A DNA stretch of 64,000 bases from Dendrobates tinctorius (lineage: Eukaryota): NCBI RefSeq assembly GCF_039654945.1, contig NW_027361850.1, positions 6,510,001-6,574,000 of the forward strand, written 5' to 3'. A program made the position numbers and the translations under genes. The notes below the pieces were generated by a model. It was not told where the DNA came from. It saw nothing but the letters and a program-made list of their open reading frames with translations, and did not search any database. Shown piece after piece: positions 52,506 to 64,000 of the stretch. How positions within the stretch are numbered: position 1 is the first letter of the stretch; each line of letters opens with the position of its first letter.

Positions 52506-52782
52506 TATTGACTATCTGTACCAATCATTCTTCTTCAGCCAGTATAAAGAAACTTGGGAACAAGCATCAACCAACTTCAATGTCATTGATCACGCTCGTT
52601 TAATGGCCTGAACTCTCTGCACCTGTAAATACAACCAAAATGTTTGTGTGATGTAGAATATGTGAGCATTTGGGGCCCCATTTTAATGTCTAAAAACATT
52701 CTCTAAAACTGGCCCTGGATGACAGAAACTTATTTTCCTAAAGAAATATATTAACATCCCTGTCCTTACATTATACACAAAT

Positions 52783-52925
52783 CAGTGGCTGAGGTGGATG
52801 ACGGCTACAACCAGTGATTGGCTGAGTTGGGTGACGGCTGCAGCCATTGATTGGCTGAGGTGGGTAATGGCTACAGTCAGTCATTGGCTGAGGTAAGTGA
52901 CGGATACAGCCAGTGATTGGCCGAG
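52783..52925. repeat. About 33-bp tandem repeat containing gattggctgag
   Basis: Four to five imperfect units. Confidence 0.7.
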
Positions 52926-53365
52926 TGCACCTTTCTGTGATATATACCAGTGTTGGAACGGGAGCAGCAGGGGTTAGGCAAAGGTGATTTATGCCTTGTT
53001 TATGTGAGCGTCTTCCCTGGCACTGGTAAGTCACTCTAGCTTTCAGTTGCTCCCACGGTCTCCTGCTGCCTCTGTCCCGGTCTGCTGACTCATCGTCCTG
53101 GGAATTCCCCGCCCCTTTATACAGGTCCCTTCCCCAGCCCATCTGTCTGTCACAACGATCCGTCCCCAACCTCTGTCCTCCGGGAATAGTTTCCCCCGGA
53201 ACCTAGATGACAGCTCCCTTGGTTCCGGCCCGGACACTCGACTGGGGCATTCATCCTACACTCCTCCGCCCTGTATACTCACCAGTCCTCGGGCGAGGGT
53301 TTTCATAGACTCAGGTTAGTTTTTTGGGACGACAGTCCTTGTCGCCATATGAACTGGTCCTGTTC

Positions 53366-53748
53366 ATAACGTGCAGACGTACTTTTTGGCCCTGCGGATT
53401 TTTCCGCGCAGAAAGGAAGAAAGCTGCAGGTCAAATGACCTGCATTTTTCCTGCGGATTTTTTCCATTTTTCATGCGGTTTTCTTGTGGTTTTTGTGCGG
53501 TTTTCCACTGCGGTTTTCCCCCTGCGGATTTGGTGACAGGGGAGATGGAAAACCGCACAAAAGAAGTAACATGCTGCGGATTTTGTACTGCAGGAATACC
53601 GCGCGGAAAAATCTGCAGCGTCTGCACAGCGGTTTTTTTTTTCATTGATTTTAAGGCTACTGTACATCACAATGCGGATATGCAACGTTTCTGCGCGGTA
53701 AAATCCGCTGCGGATCCGCTGCAAATCTGCATCGTGTGCACACAGCCT
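53366..53748. mobile_element. Harbinger-like MITE in the Gypsy 3' region
   Basis: tgcgg-rich palindromic body ending gtgtgcacacagcc. Confidence 0.6.
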
Positions 53749-53989
53749 CAGGGGGTTTGCCAGCTGCTGACCGCTCGGAGCATCAAAGCTCGGGTGTAGT
53801 GAAGTCTTCTGGGGTGGTGGAGGGTGGTCGAATAGTTGGTTCTGGTGGGTTTCCCGGGTCTACTGTAGTGCCACTACTGGGGTGACCCATAGATGCGACG
53901 GGGAAGTCCTCTTCGTCATCTTGGTCCCAGACCATGGGCGGGGGGGTTGGGGACCTGAGGGGTCGGTTCGAGCCGCGGGAGATCAGTAG

Positions 53990-56900
53990 ACGTACAAGGC
54001 CGTAACATGTTACGTGCACAACCCGAGTGAGAGGCGCGTTGTTTCCTTCAGACTGTATGTCGTACACAGACCTGTCGGGGCTTATCCGACGCAACACTCG
54101 GTATGGGTTCACCTCCCACCGTGGTTCTAACTTGTTTTGGGGACGTTGATCAAGTACGAGTACCCGATCCCCAGTCTGAAAGTCAATGGGTGGGGGCAGT
54201 GCTCCCCCCGGGTGTTTTAGGTCCTGGAGCTTTGTATGGACGATTCGGTGGAGGGTCTGCAGCCGGTGCCGGTGGTTTCGGACCCACGAGGATACCCCGG
54301 TCCAGGGTTTGGGTTCCTCCGGGTTCAATTCCACTTCCGTAATCCCCTTGCCTTCCCGTTCGAACAGCAATGAGTAGGGGGTGTAACCAGTCACTTGATG
54401 CACTCGATTGTTATATACCCACACCAGCTCAGGGACATATTCAGGCCAGTGGGTCTTGCGGTCGCTCTCCAGGGTGTGCAGCATTTGGATTAGTGTACGA
54501 CTGAATCGCTCGCAGGCTCCGTTTCCCTGCGGGTGGTACGGCGTAGTCCGAGATTTATTGATACCGTAAAGATGATGTAGCTCTTCCATGACTTTTCCTA
54601 GGAAGCACGCTCCTTGATCCGAACATATTCGTTGTGGACAGCCGTACACTTGAATAAAGTTCTTGCAAATTGCATAAGCGGCCGACTCCGCTGTTTGGTC
54701 TCGGGTGGGGGTGACCACGGCGAACTTGGTGAAATGGTCCACAATAACGAGACAATGTTCATACTCCTGATAGGCCGGACCTATGGTCAGAGAGTCCACC
54801 GTAAGAAGCTCCAGAGGGGCTGATGTTACAATAGTCTGCACCGGGGCTCGTTGCACGGGGGGTTTAGCGAGCTCGCACGGGCGGCAGGTTCGGCAAACTT
54901 CTTCTACAGCAGCGTGCAAGCGTGGGTGGTACACTATCTGCTGCAACCATTGTAAAGTCTTTTGAGCACCAAAATCGGCCCCCTTCTCATGGGCTTCTCG
55001 GGCCAGTTGGTTGAGGTGGGCTACGGGCATGATCACCTGCCATATCGCAGCTGACGTGGTTCGTGACATGGCTTTTCGATATAAAAGTCCTTTTTTGATG
55101 ATTAGCTTTTCCCACTGGCGCAACATCAGCAACATATCTTGGGTCAAAGTCTTTCTCTGTGAGCCCGTGGGCAATTTAGCGGTGGCCACCCATCGGCGTA
55201 GGAGTCCGACTTCTGTATCTTCCTGTTGCTGCTGAATCCATTTGTCGCGGGGTTGTTCCAGTATCCCTCCTAGGAGTCCCGGATGAGGCGCTTCTTGCGT
55301 GTTGACTGTAAGCGCGGCGGTGGTGAGGGTGAACGGCGTCTCTTCTGCTTCTAATTCGTCATCTCGATTTCTCCCTGGGGTGGTGTGTCAGATTCTGGAG
55401 AGCGCGTCGGCGTGCACATTTTCAGCTCCCCGTTTGTAGATGATTTTATAATTGAATTTGGCCATCCGAGCCACCCACCACTGTTCTAGGGCCCCCAGTT
55501 TGGCATTCTCCAAGTGGGCTAATGGGTTGTTGTCGGTCTGCACTACTACTTTGGAGCTGCCAGGTACTCTGCGAATCGCTCCGTCATTGCCCACACTACC
55601 GCGAGGAGCTCGAGCTTAAAGGAGCTGTAATTGTCCTGGTTGTGTTCTGAGTTGTGCAGCGACTGGCTACCGTAGGAGATCACTTTCTCCCGGCCGTCCT
55701 GCACCTGTGACAACACAGCTCCTAGTCCCTGGAGGCTCCCGTCGGTATGCAGGATGAATGGTTGCGAGAAATTCGCATATGCCAATACCGGGGCGTCCGA
55801 GAGGGCAGCTTTGAGATCTCGAAATGCATCTTCTTGCGGTTGCTGCCACTGGATCTTCCGTCCAAACGCCCCGGCAAGAGCCCCCTTCAGCAGGTCTTGC
55901 AGGGCTCGGGCTCGGCGTGCAAAATTCTTCACGAACCAACAGTAGTAGCCGGCTAACCCCAAGAAGGCCCGCACGTCTTTCACCGTCTCGGGGGTAGGCC
56001 ACCCCAGGACGGCAGCGACCTTTTCCAGGGATGGTCGGACGCCCTCCGCCTAGATGGTATTCCCCAGGTATTCGATCTGGGTGCGGAACATGTTGCATTT
56101 CTGGGGCTTTACCTTTACTCCGTACTTCTGCAGCCGGCCGAGCACCTGCCCCAACCGCCTCAGGTGGTCCTCGAGCGTGGCGGAATAGATGATAATATCG
56201 TCCAGGTATATCAACGTGGCTTCAAAGTTGAGGTCTCCCAGACACCACTCCATCAACTGCTGAAAGGTTCCTGGGGCGTTGGCCAGCCCAAACGGCATCC
56301 GATTGAACTCGAACAGTCCCATGGGAAGGATAAATGCCGTCTTGGCTCTGTCTTCCTCCGACATCGGCACCTTCCAGTACCCACTAGCCAGGTCTAGAGT
56401 TGAAAAGTACTTCGCATTCCCCAAGGCAGACAGAGACTCTTCTATGCGGGGCAGTGGATACGAATCCTTGATGGTGCAGGCGTTCAACTTCCGATAATCC
56501 ACGCAAAAACGCAGAGTGACATCTTTTTTCCAAACCAGGACAATAGGGGCCGCCCAAGGGCTCTGGCTTTCTCGTATGACCCCCTTCCGGAGCATTTGGG
56601 CTAATAGAGTTTTCACTTCCTGGTATGGCTGCGGTGGTATTTGCCTATATCGCTCCCGGATGGGGGCCGCTCCTGCCGTGGGGATCCCATGCGTGATGGC
56701 TGTGGTACATCCGAAGTCATCCTTGTGGCTGGCGAAGACACTGTAAAATTGTCCAAGAAGTGTCTCTACCTGGAGAAGCTGGACTGGCGCTAGGTCGGAA
56801 AGTTCGGCCCGCATTCTCTCCAGGATGGCTCGACCTTTCTCTTGGGCCGAGGATGCGGCAGTCTGTTGGGTCCGTACCGTTACTGCCAAGGGATCTTCGG

Positions 56901-57700
56901 GTTGCACCCTCAACTGGACCGCGGGGTCCGGCAGCATCTCCTCCAATGGCCTTACTAGTTTGGCCATTTCGGCCCAGGGCTTCAGGGCGATATCTTGATC
57001 TTCCAGGTTGACACAACGCACCAAGACAGTCCCTTCCCGCACTGTGGCCAGAGAGCGGGCCACCAGGAAGCCAGGGTGCAGGCGCTCCAAGTAACATGGT
57101 TCCACCTGCACCTCCACGCCCACCAGTGGCATCGGGGCGCGGATCGGCAGAGCCACCACCGTCTGCCCTGCAGGAAGCACGAGCGGGGGGGGCCGCTGGC
57201 GCGATGACCTTTCCCAGTGCCTCATCCTCCTGACACTCCTGGAGCACTCGCGCCTCCCGCACCAACCGCTGGAAGACCTGCCCCTGGGCCATGCGAGAAC
57301 CCCACTGACTTAGGGTCTCCTGTGTGGAATCGTTGAGGAGTAGATTGCCGAACTCCCGCAGTATGTTCATGCCCAAGATGATCGGATGACGGTCGTTAGT
57401 CTCTCCTTGGGTTAGGACCACTCCCCGGCGGCCAAGGGATTTACCACACAATGTCATCTGGAGCCACACCATTCCGGCGACAGGTACCGGCAGTTGGTTT
57501 GCGGCCACTAGTTGCATCATGGGCCCCCACTGGGGCCTTGCCGCTTCCGGGAAATGCTGCCGGAAGTAAGCTGCCGGCATGGTCGTTACCTGCGACCCCG
57601 TATCCACTAGACACCGCACAGCACGACCCTCGACTTCGGCCCATATTATTGGGCACCTAGCGACCAGTTCTTCGGGACTTCCACCACCCCTTGTTGTGGC
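53990..57700 (-). pseudogene. pol: Gypsy pol (protease, RT, RNase H, integrase) with stops and frameshifts
   Basis: LVDTGSQVT, SPWAAPIVLV, RFCVDYRKLN, YLDDIIIY, TDGS..GLGAVLSQ, YSSFKLELLA, TDNNPL, VDHFTKF, SDQG, YHPQGNGACER. Confidence 0.93.
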
Positions 57701-57749
57701 TTCCGGCTCCTTGTGGCGTCCCCCATGCCCGGAGCCCTCTAGTTTAATG

Positions 57750-58620
57750 TTCGCCGGGGTGGGTATTTCCCACGTCGCGGACACTCCCGTGCGAAGTGGC
57801 CCAGTTCTCCACACTCATAACACCGGGGCGGTGAGGCTCAGCCACTCCGGGTATTTCGAGGCCCCCAGGGCCCGGAATTGTAGTCAGGTCGGCAGGGCAC
57901 GGGCTCCATTCTCTTCTTCACTTCAGCCAGCTCGCCCGGGATACTCTTCAGTTCTTGTCTCATTTCCTCAATCCATTGAGGTTCTTCGACAACGCTTACG
58001 GAAAACTCCATGCCTTCCCCACAGGAGCCGTCATCCCCTGCTCTTGCTCTCGTACCTGGGCCTGACTCCCCACTTCAGAGAAGGCTATACGTGGGTTCAC
58101 TCGGACCTGTTCCCACAATGCCTGCTTGATTAGCGGGTCTCGGAGTCCAGTCACAAGCAGGTCACGCAGGGTAATGTCGATGGTCCCTACCCCTATTCAG
58201 TCCTTCCTTTCTATGGTGGTGTACAGCTCCTGGAGGGCGTTCATATACTGGGTGATGGTCTCCCCCTCCCCCTGCATCCGTCTGAATAACCGGGTTCTCA
58301 ACTCCCCCACGTCTGTTGGATCCCCATGGGTCTCTTCCAGGATCTGCAAGACCCTGGCGAAGGTGTTGCGACGTCCCGGGGGTCTCAACATTACCGACTT
58401 CTGGGCTTACCCATCTAGCGCCATAAGGGCCACCTCAGCCTCCAAATTGGGGGTCATGGGGTGCATGCGGAAAAGGCCCCGCATACGTTCTGTCTAGCTC
58501 CACAATAGTGTATCAGAGCCAGAAAACCGGGGCAAGTTGCTTAGCATAGCCCCCAGGGAGATGCTGGTGCGGGGGCCCCCATCAGCAGCAGCGCCCGCAG
58601 CCCCACTCTGATCAGGCGCA
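57750..58620 (-). pseudogene. gag: Gypsy gag, decayed
   Basis: NLPRFSG, LFRMHP and MHR-like FRRMQGEGETITQYMNALQEL. Confidence 0.7.
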
Positions 58621-58644
58621 CCACCGTCTGCGCTCAGAGACTGC

Positions 58645-58662
58645 ATCCTGCGAACTACTCCA
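58645..58662 (-). promoter_or_regulatory. tRNA-Ser primer binding site
   Basis: Reverse strand ...accaCA-tt-tggagtagttcgcaggat versus Ser(AGA) PBS TGGCGTAGTCGGCAGGAT. Confidence 0.8.
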
Positions 58663-59628
58663 AATGTGGTACTTGCAGGTACCCAGGATGCAGTGACGAG
58701 TCGCGAAACGATTCGGTGCTTTCTATAATAACGTTTATAGGACTAGAGGGAACTTTCCTCAGTCACGGCCTGATCAAGCAAAAGGGGTAACAAGGGTTGC
58801 CCTCGCAGGGGCTCTATACAATCAAACACAAACAGGGTAGAACACGACTACGTCCGGCAATAGCCGGTCACTATAGGGCCGCGGTATGGACGACTACGGG
58901 TCCTTAATTATATAGTCAACTTAGCCGTCCAGACGTCCCTCGCCGTTCGGGATGGTGGTCTTTCGGCGTGGCAGTCGCTGGGCCCAGTTGCTGAGGCGTT
59001 GACCAATTCTTCACAGCGCTTCGGCGCTCTGATGACACGGGAGCCCCACAGGCCCCGGTGGAGTCCTTGGACGGATGGGCCGCAGCCCCTGGACTGGGGC
59101 AAGGGGCAGCGATGTGCGGTGGCGAAGGGCAGGCCACCTGCGCAGCTAACGGCTGCGGCGGAAGATCCGCAGCAAGCAGAGGCTCAGCTCCTGCTGCTGA
59201 CCGGAGGGAGACAGTGGTGGCCGCCGATGGCACTGTACTTGCCGTGGCCACTGGTGAGAGCAGGGCCGCTGCGGGTGGTGGGGAACAGGCCGCAGCCACG
59301 GGCTGGAGCGAGGCGGCAGCGGCCGCGGGCGACCGCAGGTAAGCCGCAGCCACGGGCTGAGGTGAGGCAGCAGCGGCCGCGGGTTGAACTGGGGCCGCAG
59401 TGGCCGCGGGCTGGAGCGGGGCAGCAAGTCTCGGATGATTGTCTTGGCACCTTCCCTCTGGAGTCCTCAGTGAGCGTCTTCCCTGGCACTGGTAAGTTGC
59501 TCTAGCATTCAGTCGCTCCCACGGTCTCCTGCTGTCTCTGTCCCGGTCTGCTGACTCATCGTCCCAGCAATTCCCCACCTCGTTATACTGGTCCCTCCCC
59601 CAGCCCATCTGTCCGTCACAACGGTCTG

Positions 59629-60432
59629 TGTTGTGAGTTCATTTTCCCCTTCACCATTGAAGTCTGATGAACTCCCTCTTCTGGTGAAGGAAGGTAGTGA
59701 GGCTGATTACCAAGCACCTGAGCAGGATGATGATGACTGGGTGACTGGAATTGCTGACTGGATATAAGGCAGCCGACGCCCTTCTGCCTTGCTGGTGATT
59801 TCTCAGAGGGATTCTAGGAGACCAGTCTGATTCCTGCTCCTCAAAAGCTAAGTTTTCTGCTCTGCTTTTTGCATTTGTGTTTTGGTTTTGTTTTGCCTTG
59901 TTTTTTTGGATTTCTGCCATTCCCTGCTGGGGTGAGCTTAATTCCTTTTTGCTCTGTCTTCAGAAAATACCTGAGTACTGATATACTGTAGTCTTTTTGA
60001 AGCCTAGCGTCTTCAGGGCTTTTTTCCCTATCAGTCTGTTGGCTCTTGTTTTGATAGGGTTTTGGCGGATTGCAGACAGCAGCTTTTCTATCCTGTCCTA
60101 TTTAGTTAGCTTGGGCCCCATCATTTGCTCAGCCTATCTTTCTATCTGTGTGAGTGTTTTTTCATCTTGCTTCACCGTCATTATATGTTGGGGGCTGCCT
60201 ATTGCTTTGGGGTCTGCTCTGGGGCAGTTTAGATTTCCCTTTCTGTCTTTAGGCTATTTAGTTCTCCGGCTGTGATCGAGGGGTCTAGGGCACCGTAGGA
60301 ACCCCCCACGGCTACTGCTAGTTGTTGTTGATAGGTTCAGGGGTCTGCAATCCGATAGCTGCCAACTTCTATGGTTTTCTGGACTTAGCTAGTATTTCTG
60401 TTTTTGCCTCCTACTGTGACTCATTCATAACA
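59629..60432. mobile_element. Solo LTR, family B, inserted in the Gypsy 5' LTR
   Basis: TGttgtgagt...cataaCA with ggtctg duplicated (59623-28 and 60433-38). Confidence 0.9.
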
Positions 60433-60529
60433 GGTCTGTCCCTGAACTCTGTCCCCCGGGAATAGTTTCCCCCGGAACCTAGATGACACTCGACGGGGGC
60501 CGTTCCTCCCACAGCCCTGTTCAAAAAGG

Positions 60530-63500
60530 CAGCCCCTCTTTATCAGATTTAGAGCTGACAATTGATAGAGTCCATAGGTTGCCGCGCCCACGGGGTATAC
60601 CGCCAGATAAATCGAGGGACACTATCTTGCGTTTGCTCTTCTTTGAAACTAAAGACAAGGTTCTGAGATTTATAAGAGAGCGTGGTGTCTTCCCGGCTCC
60701 TTATGAGCACATAATTTTTTTTCCGACTTCTCCAGAAATGCAATGGACGCGAGGAAAGTATTTCGGGAAGTTACTACTAAGCTAAGGGACTTGGAAATAT
60801 CATATAGATGGGGATTTCCGACCAAACTCATTGTTTGGTACAAGGTAAAGAACATCCCACTCCTAAATATAGATGAAGGTCGGGATTTCATTGCCTTCCT
60901 TCACAAAGACCTTAGGGATAAGGGTTGAATGTACATATTAATAATTCTGGTTCCTTCCTTAGAGTTATTGGTTCTAACGTATTGTAATATTACAGCAATA
61001 TTAATATAGACCTTGGCTGGCCATGTAGGACCTTTGCCGCATTTTTTTTTTACCCCCGAACTCAGAAGAGAAAGCACAAGTGTTGGTTTCCTTCAAGAGA
61101 ACTCCATTTATTTGTATTCATTTTTTCTTTTTTGTTCTTTCTTTGTTCTTTTTTCTTGTATTACATATTTCCCCAGACTACGTACCTTGTTTTGTGCCCT
61201 ATGATGGGAACAGATGGATATCAATATCCTCTCATATAATGTCAGAGGCCTTAATAGCCCTTATAAAAGATACACAACATGGAAAGAAATCAAGCTATAT
61301 CAAGCCGACGTGGCATGTCTACAAGAAGTAAAGTTGGCGAGAGACAACCACCCCACTTTCAAGCACAAACAATACCCTCACATTTTTAAAGCATTGGGTG
61401 AGAAAAAAAGAGCTGGTGTCATAACCATTATCAGCAACAGAATATCGTTCCAACTGATTAGTGAGGAGGCCGATACTAGAGGTCGATACCACATTCTTAC
61501 GTGTACGATCAATGGCAAATTGTTTACAATCGTCAACATTTATGGCCCTAATAAAAAGCAATTCCCTTTTTTTAATAAATTAATTAAAAAAATTGACAGA
61601 GTTAAGAAAGGGGAATTGATGCTGGTTGGTGATTTCAATATTGTGCCTGATAGACATATGGACTCGTTCTCCCTAGCACGACTATAATTTTCCTTCTTGA
61701 ATAATTGGCTAATGAAAAATGAGCTATTTGACGTCTTCAGGTGCCTCAATTCGTCATCTCGGGAGTACACACATTACTCCGACGTTCACAATTCCGCATC
61801 AAGAATTGACCTTTTTCTTACTAATATCTTTTCATTGTTCAGATTCAGAAAGGTGGAAATTTTGAACAAGTCCTTCTCCGATCACACCCCGCTCATGGCA
61901 AATTTTAATGTAGGGCCCTCAACACAGAATACTTTTCTTTGGAAAGTTAATCAAACTCTGCTCAAAATTCCCTAATATAGAAAAATTATAGAAAAAAACA
62001 TTAGTGACTATTTTATTGAAAACTCTTTAGGGGAAATTACTCCATTTACCTTATGGCAGGCGCATAAGGCTGTTGTCCGTGGATGTTTAATGCAGCTCTC
62101 TTCAAGATACAAAAAGGAAAGGAGAGAAAAAATAATCACGCTACAATTACAAATAAAATCCAGAGAAGAGCAACAGAGCAGTCTAGCTACCCCATCACAC
62201 GCCCTTCGTCTAGAAATATTAAAATTACGACAAGAGCTTAGCTCACAGATCCTGACCGAATACGATTCAGCTCTTAGGGCTTCTAAATTTATTTTGTATT
62301 CGTCATCTAACAAGCCAACGAAACATATGATGGACAAGTTAAAAAGAGAACGCGCAATCAGACGAATACACAACATTCAATCTCCATCATGGATTATTAA
62401 ATCTCACCCGCAAGACATTGCGGATGTTTTTGCGGCATATTTCAGTGAGCTGTATAACTTAAAAAAGACCCCTCAACTACAATTCCGGACCAATTAGCGA
62501 TTGATTCCTTTCCTTTTTGGCTGGTTTAAATCTCCCGCAAATAGACCAGTCAGATTTAAGAATACTAAACCGTCCTATTAGCATTGATGAGATTACCAAT
62601 ACTATCAATAAGCTGAAACCACTAAAATCCCCTGGTCCTGACGGTTTCACTAATGAATATTTCAAAACATTCTCTAGTCTTATTTCCCCGCAATTAAAAA
62701 ATCTATTCAACCATGTATCCACTACTGGCTCCTTTCCAAAAGATATGCTAGAGGCCACAATAATAATGCTTCCCAAGGAGAAAAGCGAGTCAGAAAAAAT
62801 TCATAGCTATAGGCCCATCTCCCTTCTTAATGGGGACATAAAAATTTATTCTAAAATTATGGCAGATCGTCTCAAAAATGCCCTACCACAATTAATAACA
62901 AATGAACAAGTCGGGTTCATTACAGGTAGGCAGGCACCTGATGGAACCAGGAGAATTCTGAATTTACTCCACTGGATCAAGACTTCAAGCGTTCCTTCTC
63001 TGTTCCTGTCTCTAGAGGCAGAGAAGGCGTTTGACAGATTAAATTGGTTATATCTTAAAAACGTTTTAATTAAATTCGAATTCGACAATAAATTTGTGTC
63101 CATCATTTTCTCCCTATATGCTGAGCCAAATGCTAAAATCTACATAAATAATCATTTTTCTAAGCCTTTTAATATCTCAAATGGCACCAGGCAAGGGTGT
63201 CCACTTTCTCCTTTGTTCTTCGCATTGGCAATCGAGCCCCTTGCCAAAGCAATCAGGACTAACACTCTCATTTCAGTAATAAATACCAGATTGCGTTCCA
63301 TAAACTCACTCTCTTTGCAGATGACCTCTTTGTTTCTATGACAGATCCAATTAAATCAATTGAGGCCCTGATGACTGTCTTGGAGCAATTTTCTAAAATC
63401 TCCTTTTTTAAAGTCAATATACATAAATCTAAAATCTTGCCATTTAATATGTTACATAGTGATATTAAGGAGGTTCTGTATAGGACTAAATTTCAGCTAG

Positions 63501-64000
63501 AGAAGGAAAGTTTGGTATATCTGGGCATTCATATTTCTAGTAATTTCCAATCAATTGTGGCTACTAATATTGCTTCTCTCTTAGACAAGATTACTAAAGA
63601 CTTTGTGCATTTTAATCTTCTTGATCTTACCTTATTTGGCAGAGTCTTGGTAAATAAAAATTCAAAATCTGATAAACTCATTTGTATGGGGGAAACAAAA
63701 ACCCGAGGGTTGCAGCCAATATCTTGTATAGAAGGAAAACTAATGGAGGTCTAGCCTTACCAAACATCTGGGTGTACTGTCAGGCATCTCTGATTAGGCA
63801 CAGCCAGCAATGGTTTACGGAGGGGGAATCCCCATCGTGGATCGACTTGGAATTGGCTTCAAACACTTATGCTCCATTACAAGATTTATTTTTCACCTAC
63901 ATGCTAAAACCTTCACTTAAAAGCCATAAGCACCCAATTTTTCATGCTATTCTTGAGGCTTAGAAGAAATTTGCCAAATTAAAGAAAAGGAAAGATAAAC
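60530..64000 (+). mobile_element. L1-clade LINE: ORF1 C-terminus (to 60928) and disrupted ORF2 (EN and RT) from 61214, continuing beyond the window
   Basis: IDRVHRL...RWGFPTKL; SYNVRGLN, CLQE, NIYGPN, GDFN, SRIDLF, SDH, KSPGPDGF, YRPISLLN, GTRQGCPLSP, LFADD. Confidence 0.93.

Larger units (their letters stand above)
53003..60513 (-). mobile_element. Ty3/Gypsy LTR retrotransposon, near full length; 3' LTR truncated
   Basis: 5' LTR 60513-58665, tRNA-Ser PBS, gag, PR-RT-RH-IN, PPT 53261-72, partial 3' LTR 53260-53003. Confidence 0.92.

Noticed and set aside
58916-59608. 230-aa Ala/Pro-rich ORF
   Set aside because: Lies within the Gypsy LTR, derives from GC-rich tandem repeats, and has no ATG start or recognisable domain.
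29240-64000. LCK coding exons expected downstream of FAM167B by synteny
   Set aside because: No Src-family N-terminus, SH3, SH2 or kinase motifs seen; non-coding exons cannot be excluded.

Overview
Vertebrate genomic DNA, most likely a frog or other amphibian (inferred from the repeat families present). Two host genes are arranged head-to-head. On the minus strand are the first two coding exons of an MTMR9-like gene (5721-5525 and 2639-2492). On the plus strand is a complete two-exon FAM167B CDS (23665-23949 and 28975-29238). Most of the rest is nested mobile DNA. A decayed class I endogenous retrovirus (about 8030-20270; LTR, PBS, gag, pol, env) is split by a Helitron, a Harbinger MITE and three solo LTRs. 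There are also four Tc1 transposons, a non-autonomous piggyBac-like element with telomere-like repeats, a near full-length Ty3/Gypsy element, L1 and CR1 LINE fragments, a V-SINE and many MITEs. Three signals stand out. (1) A TG...CA element with a 4-bp TSD (39463-48555, about 2.65 kb after removing nested inserts) carries a decayed ~300-codon ORF ending in a cold-shock domain and has no gag or pol. (2) A 952-bp insert consists of 2.3 tandem copies of a 412-bp unit with a 14-bp TSD, resembling reverse transcription of a circular RNA. (3) Primer-binding-site-like motifs sit inside the LTRs of two Gypsy-type families. All calls were made by eye; no database search or folding was run.
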